DNA of 64,000 bases, taken from NCBI GenBank assembly GCA_963796685.1, contig CAWCMR010000025.1, positions 768,001-832,000 on the forward strand, given 5' to 3'. The notes under the pieces are model-generated. The model did not search any database. It saw only the letters and a list, made by a program, of their open reading frames with translations, and was not told where the DNA came from. The translations under genes and the position numbers were made by a program. This stretch comes from an uncultured delta proteobacterium (lineage in GTDB: Bacteria > Myxococcota_A > Polyangia > Fen-1088). Of the stretch, positions 60,208-64,000 are shown one piece after another (position 1 is the stretch's first letter; each line of letters starts with the position of its first letter).

Positions 60208-61392
60208 ATGTCCGAGTTCTTGTTCACTTCCGAGAGCGTCACCGAGGGCCATCCCGACAAGCTGTGCGACCAGGTTTCCGATGCCGTGCTCGACGCCTGC
60301 ATCCGCGAAGACAAGACCAGCCGCGTGGCCTGCGAGACGCTGACCAAGACCGGCTTCGTCATGGTCGCGGGTGAAATCACCACACGGGCTCACCTGGACT
60401 ACCCCGCCCTCGTGCGCGATGTGGTCAAGGGCATCGGCTACGAAGACTCATCCATGGGGTTCGATTACAAGACTTGCGGCGTCCTGGTCGCGGTCGAGCA
60501 GCAGTCGCCTGACATCGCCCAGGGCGTGGATGGCCATGGCGTCTACACCCAGAACGAGCTCGGCGCCGGCGACCAAGGCATGATGTTCGGCTACGCTTGC
60601 AACGACACACCTGAGCTGATGCCTCTACCCATCATGCTGGCGCACCGGCTGGCCGAGCGCCTGGCTTCGGTGCGCAAGGACGGGACCGTGGATTTTTTCC
60701 GGCCCGACGGCAAGAGCCAGGTCACGGTTCGCTACGACGAGGATCACCGCGTTCTCGGCATCGACACCATCGTGGTCTCGACCCAGCACAGCGAGAGCGT
60801 GAGCTACAAGAAGCTCAAAGAAGCGGTGATGGACGAGGTCGTCAAGCCCGTGGTCTCGGACGACCTGGTCAACCGCAAGACCAAGTACTTCATCAATCCC
60901 ACCGGCCGTTTCGTGGTGGGCGGCCCCATGGGCGACTCGGGCCTTACCGGCCGCAAGATCATCGTGGACACCTACGGTGGCATGGGCCGACACGGCGGCG
61001 GTGCCTTCTCGGGCAAGGATCCCTCGAAGGTCGATCGCTCCGCGTGCTACTACGCGCGCTACATCGCCAAGAACGTCGTGGCGGCCAAGCTCGCACGCCG
61101 TTGCGAGGTCCAACTGGCCTATGCCATCGGCGTGGCCAAGCCCGTGTCCCTGCTGGTCGACACCTTCGGCACCGGCGTAATGCCGAACGACCAACTTTCC
61201 AAGATCGTGGAAGCCAATTTCGATGCCCGTCCGGGCGCCCTGATTGCCGAGCTCAACCTGCGCCGTCCCATCTTCCGCAAGACCGCCGCCTACGGCCACT
61301 TCGGCCGCTCCGACAAGGATTTCACCTGGGAGCGCACCAACAAGGCCGCCGCCCTACGCGCGGCCGCGGGTGGGCGCAAGCCAACCAAGTAG
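60208..61392 (+). CDS. metK: S-adenosylmethionine synthase
   Basis: [48 protein letters not shown]; GGAG RBS. Confidence 0.99.
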   Translation: MSEFLFTSESVTEGHPDKLCDQVSDAVLDACIREDKTSRVACETLTKTGFVMVAGEITTRAHLDYPALVRDVVKGIGYEDSSMGFDYKTCGVLVAVEQQSPDIAQGVDGHGVYTQNELGAGDQGMMFGYACNDTPELMPLPIMLAHRLAERLASVRKDGTVDFFRPDGKSQVTVRYDEDHRVLGIDTIVVSTQHSESVSYKKLKEAVMDEVVKPVVSDDLVNRKTKYFINPTGRFVVGGPMGDSGLTGRKIIVDTYGGMGRHGGGAFSGKDPSKVDRSACYYARYIAKNVVAAKLARRCEVQLAYAIGVAKPVSLLVDTFGTGVMPNDQLSKIVEANFDARPGALIAELNLRRPIFRKTAAYGHFGRSDKDFTWERTNKAAALRAAAGGRKPTK

Positions 61393-61424
61393 CCTCTGCC
61401 CGAGCGCCGTCGGGTCCGCCCCGG

Positions 61425-61470
61425 GCACAAAAAGAGCCGCGGTCTTCGACCTGCGGCTCTTTTTTTGTGC
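61425..61470. terminator. Bidirectional rho-independent terminator
   Basis: gcacaaaaagagccgc-ggtc-ttc-gacc-t-gcggctctttttttgtgc stem with A and T tracts, between convergent metK and the repeat lipoprotein. Confidence 0.9.
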
Positions 61471-61512
61471 GTAACAGCCCGGCGCGAGCCGGGCCCATGC
61501 CAGGCGTGAGGG

Positions 61513-62055
61513 CTAGTCGATGCCGCCGTCGAGCTCGCCGCTGTCCATCTCGGTGTCCATGGCGGCTGTATCGATAGCGGGGGCATCCATTGCTTCGTCC
61601 ATCGCCGCGTCCAAGCTGGGGCCGACGGTGTCGAGTGCCGCGCCATCGAGGAGAGGCGGGGTGTCCAGCTTGGGGCCGCCATCGAGGCCGGGGAGATCTT
61701 CATTGATGGGTTTGTCGGTGGGGGCATCCAGCTTGCCGTCGGGGTGTCCGCCGTCGAAGCCAGTGCTACCGCCCGTACCGGGCGCGCCGCCCGTACCGAG
61801 CGCGCCGCCCGTGCCGAGCGCGCCGCCCGTACCGAGCGCGCCGCCCGTACCGAGCGCGCCGCCCGTGCCGAGCGCGCCGCCCGTGCCGAGCGCGCCGCCC
61901 GTGCCCTTGGCGCCGCCGGTCGAGCCGGAATCGCTCTTGCCGTCACTCGCAGCGTCAAGTTTCTTACCGGTGGTATCGTCGCCACAGCCGACCGCGAAGA
62001 CGCCAAAGCTCAGCAATACGCCTAAACCAAGCACGAAAATCGAATTACGTTTCAT
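61513..62055 (-). CDS. Low-complexity lipoprotein with GTGGAL repeats
   Basis: MKRN..., lipobox AVGC, AGGAGAG RBS; six GTGGAL plus variants; acidic D-rich tail. Confidence 0.8.
   Translation of the reverse strand: MKRNSIFVLGLGVLLSFGVFAVGCGDDTTGKKLDAASDGKSDSGSTGGAKGTGGALGTGGALGTGGALGTGGALGTGGALGTGGALGTGGAPGTGGSTGFDGGHPDGKLDAPTDKPINEDLPGLDGGPKLDTPPLLDGAALDTVGPSLDAAMDEAMDAPAIDTAAMDTEMDSGELDGGID
61769..61905. repeat. 18-bp coding tandem repeat (about 7.5 units)
   Basis: Unit agcgcgccgcccgt(a/g)ccg repeated head-to-tail, encoding GTGGAL on the minus strand. Confidence 0.95.
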
Positions 62056-62093
62056 GAGTCCTCTCCTGAAAATAACAAAGAAAGATTGTCGCC

Positions 62094-62121
62094 ATCATAG
62101 ACGCCTTCGAGGAATTGACAA
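62094..62121 (-). promoter_or_regulatory. Putative sigma70 promoter of the repeat lipoprotein
   Basis: Minus strand: TTGTCA, 16 nt, TATGAT, about 40 bp upstream of the ATG. Confidence 0.45.
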
Positions 62122-62213
62122 CCCCCAAACAACGGGCACGAACGACACCCCTTCCCCAGTGGGGGCCAGGCCGCAAGTCGTTGGGATTACAGCAATTATG
62201 GGCCAAGAGACGG

Positions 62214-64000
62214 CTATGGATGGGAGTGCTCGGGCTCACTCGGTCCACCCGCCTCCTGGGCCGCGCCTTCGGACTCTTCCGCCTCGCCGCCAGTTTCGAG
62301 ATCTTCGCCCGGGATGGTTGCCTCGTCCGGAAGTGGACCTTCGGCCTTGCGCGAGAACCTCATCATGGCGTTGACCGCGCTCACCTGGGCGGCACGCACG
62401 CTGGGCACTGCACGCCACCTCTGCCCTTCGACCAAGATCGAAAACACCAGGACGTCCGTCCCATCTCCCACGTATCCGGACAGGCACGAGACTCCGGTCA
62501 GCGTGCCGGTCTTGGCGCGCACGTGATGGGCCGCCAAGGAACCGCGAAAGCGATTTCGGGTGGTCCCGTCCACGCCGCCCACCGAAAGCGACTGCATCAT
62601 TTCCGGACCGATGCGCGGGTCGAAATAGATCTGCCGCAAGAGCTCGGCCATGCCCGCAGCCGTCACGCGATTCTGGTGACCCAGGCCCGACCCGTTTGCA
62701 GGCACGTACGCGGCAGAGGGCACGCCAAGGTCCGCCAGCGACTCGCGCAGGACACGCACGCCCTTCGCGGTGGTCGGTGTCCCACCCAGGACCTCGGCGC
62801 CGACGGTTTCAAGCAGCCGCTCTGCCCATTCGTTGTCCGAGGCCTTGTTGACCCTACGCAGGAGGACAGCGAGGGGATCCGATTCATGAAGGGCCAGAAG
62901 CTCGGTCGGGCTTGTCGATATCGGCTCGGCCAACGGCGGCGAGCTGTCACCGCCTGGTGGAGCAAGCGCGACCATCGCGCCTTCGAGACTGGGCCGGCTC
63001 GAAACCCGCGAGCGGCCCTGGCCCGAATAGACACCAGCGACGCCGCCCACGTCGATGCCGGCCGCCAGGAGCGCCTGGCGAAACAGAAAGGCGGCGTAAA
63101 AGGGCGCGCTGGGTGGCGGCTGGCGAATGACGACCTCGCCCTTGGCGATGGAGATTCTTCCGCCCACCACCACCTGAAATCGGTGTCCCGCCCGCTCGAT
63201 GTCCACCTTCAGGCGATTCCTGCCCCGGGCACGGGTTTCGGCCTGATTGACGACGACGAAGGCATCCGAGGCAGGGCGAATGGAAACCGAGGGACGGCTA
63301 CCTACCTTGCCGCCAGGGCGGACATGCACTTCGAAAGCGCTGGAGCCCACGCGCAAAGAGGGACGCCCGCCCTGCCCGAATTCCTCCGCGCCGATACGCC
63401 GAGGGTCGCCCAGGATGTCGCCGGAAACTCGGATCACACCCCTGGTGGTGGCCAGCGCTTGGGCCAGGGCATCGATGTCGTGAGCGCGCAAGGACGGATC
63501 GCCGCTGCCGCGAATCACCAGATCTCCCGCGATGACCCCGGCGGCGTCGGGCTCGGCCCCGGTCACTTCGGTGCGATAGCGATAGTTGCTGCCCAGGCGC
63601 AGAAGGGCGGCGGACGTGCCCAGCACCTTCTGATTGGATGCGGGATCCATCAGCGTGCCGCTGTGCCAGCCGAAAAGCGCGCGACCCGTGAAGAGATCCA
63701 CGACCCGTATGCCCACGCGCAAACGGCCGAGCACCTTTCCGTGCACGATGCCATCGAGCGCTTCCTGCAAGCGCGTGATGCGCTCGCGATCGGGATCGGT
63801 CGCCGCTGGTTTGGCGACCTCGTTGGCGGGGATCGGCGCGGGCCTCTTCGCGGTGCTGGTGGGCTTGCAAGGCAGTGCCTTGGCGGATGGGCGCCTCTTG
63901 CTGTCAGTATGTTTACCCTTGCTTTGAACCTTGGTCGCGGGCTTGACTCTGGCCTTGACCGTGGCCTTCTGCGATTTCGCCGTCCCAGCCCAACCCGGTT
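62214..64000 (-). CDS. dacB: D-Ala-D-Ala carboxypeptidase/endopeptidase PBP4, 5'-partial
   Basis: PASNQK (SxxK), GSGDPSL, KASDN (SxN), NGSGL, AKTGT. The frame stays open to the window end. Confidence 0.93.
   Translation of the reverse strand, partial: PGWAGTAKSQKATVKARVKPATKVQSKGKHTDSKRRPSAKALPCKPTSTAKRPAPIPANEVAKPAATDPDRERITRLQEALDGIVHGKVLGRLRVGIRVVDLFTGRALFGWHSGTLMDPASNQKVLGTSAALLRLGSNYRYRTEVTGAEPDAAGVIAGDLVIRGSGDPSLRAHDIDALAQALATTRGVIRVSGDILGDPRRIGAEEFGQGGRPSLRVGSSAFEVHVRPGGKVGSRPSVSIRPASDAFVVVNQAETRARGRNRLKVDIERAGHRFQVVVGGRISIAKGEVVIRQPPPSAPFYAAFLFRQALLAAGIDVGGVAGVYSGQGRSRVSSRPSLEGAMVALAPPGGDSSPPLAEPISTSPTELLALHESDPLAVLLRRVNKASDNEWAERLLETVGAEVLGGTPTTAKGVRVLRESLADLGVPSAAYVPANGSGLGHQNRVTAAGMAELLRQIYFDPRIGPEMMQSLSVGGVDGTTRNRFRGSLAAHHVRAKTGTLTGVSCLSGYVGDGTDVLVFSILVEGQRWRAVPSVRAAQVSAVNAMMRFSRKAEGPLPDEATIPGEDLETGGEAEESEGAAQEAGGPSEPEHSHP

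Noticed and set aside
61769-61905. Possible CRISPR array
   Set aside because: Head-to-tail 18-bp units with no unique spacers, in frame within a lipoprotein gene; no cas genes nearby.

Overview
High-GC bacterial chromosomal window. The many Cys-rich lipoproteins with DAG/DGG/GTGG linkers suggest Myxococcota, probably Polyangia-like (inference). In order, it contains: the 3' part of ahcY; a complete IS4-family element (685-2142) that truncates hsdR of a type I R-M locus (hsdM-DUF1016-hsdS-[antisense Fic]-hsdR); housekeeping and stress genes (methyltransferase, ldh, AsnC-type protein, ada, DUF302, MFS, BI-1/YccA, lysC, DinB, 2OG oxygenase); a partial dcw cluster (rsmH-ftsL-ftsI-murE-murF-mraY-murD-ftsW-murG, with no mraZ in front and no murC-ftsZ behind); a divergent, catalytically degenerate Fic protein plus a HEAT-repeat protein; a disintegrin/FN3 lipoprotein; a divergent NodU-like carbamoyltransferase and NodC/HAS-like GT2 pair; argH; a tightly coupled six-gene ECF sigma operon; a GH8 xylanase; ArsR-SRPBCC with a perfect operator; a structured element starting with an IS4-like end; hisBHAF; metK; a repeat lipoprotein; and most of dacB. 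Seven single-base frameshifts, some in essential genes (murD, murG), look like sequencing errors. No tRNA, rRNA or CRISPR array was seen. Best candidates for undescribed biology: the ECF / TPR anti-sigma / outer-membrane barrel / beta-propeller operon, the pseudo-Fic at the mraZ position, the disintegrin-FN3 lipoprotein, the structured IS4-ended element, and the NodU/NodC-like pair. All calls come from motif recognition by eye; no searches were run.
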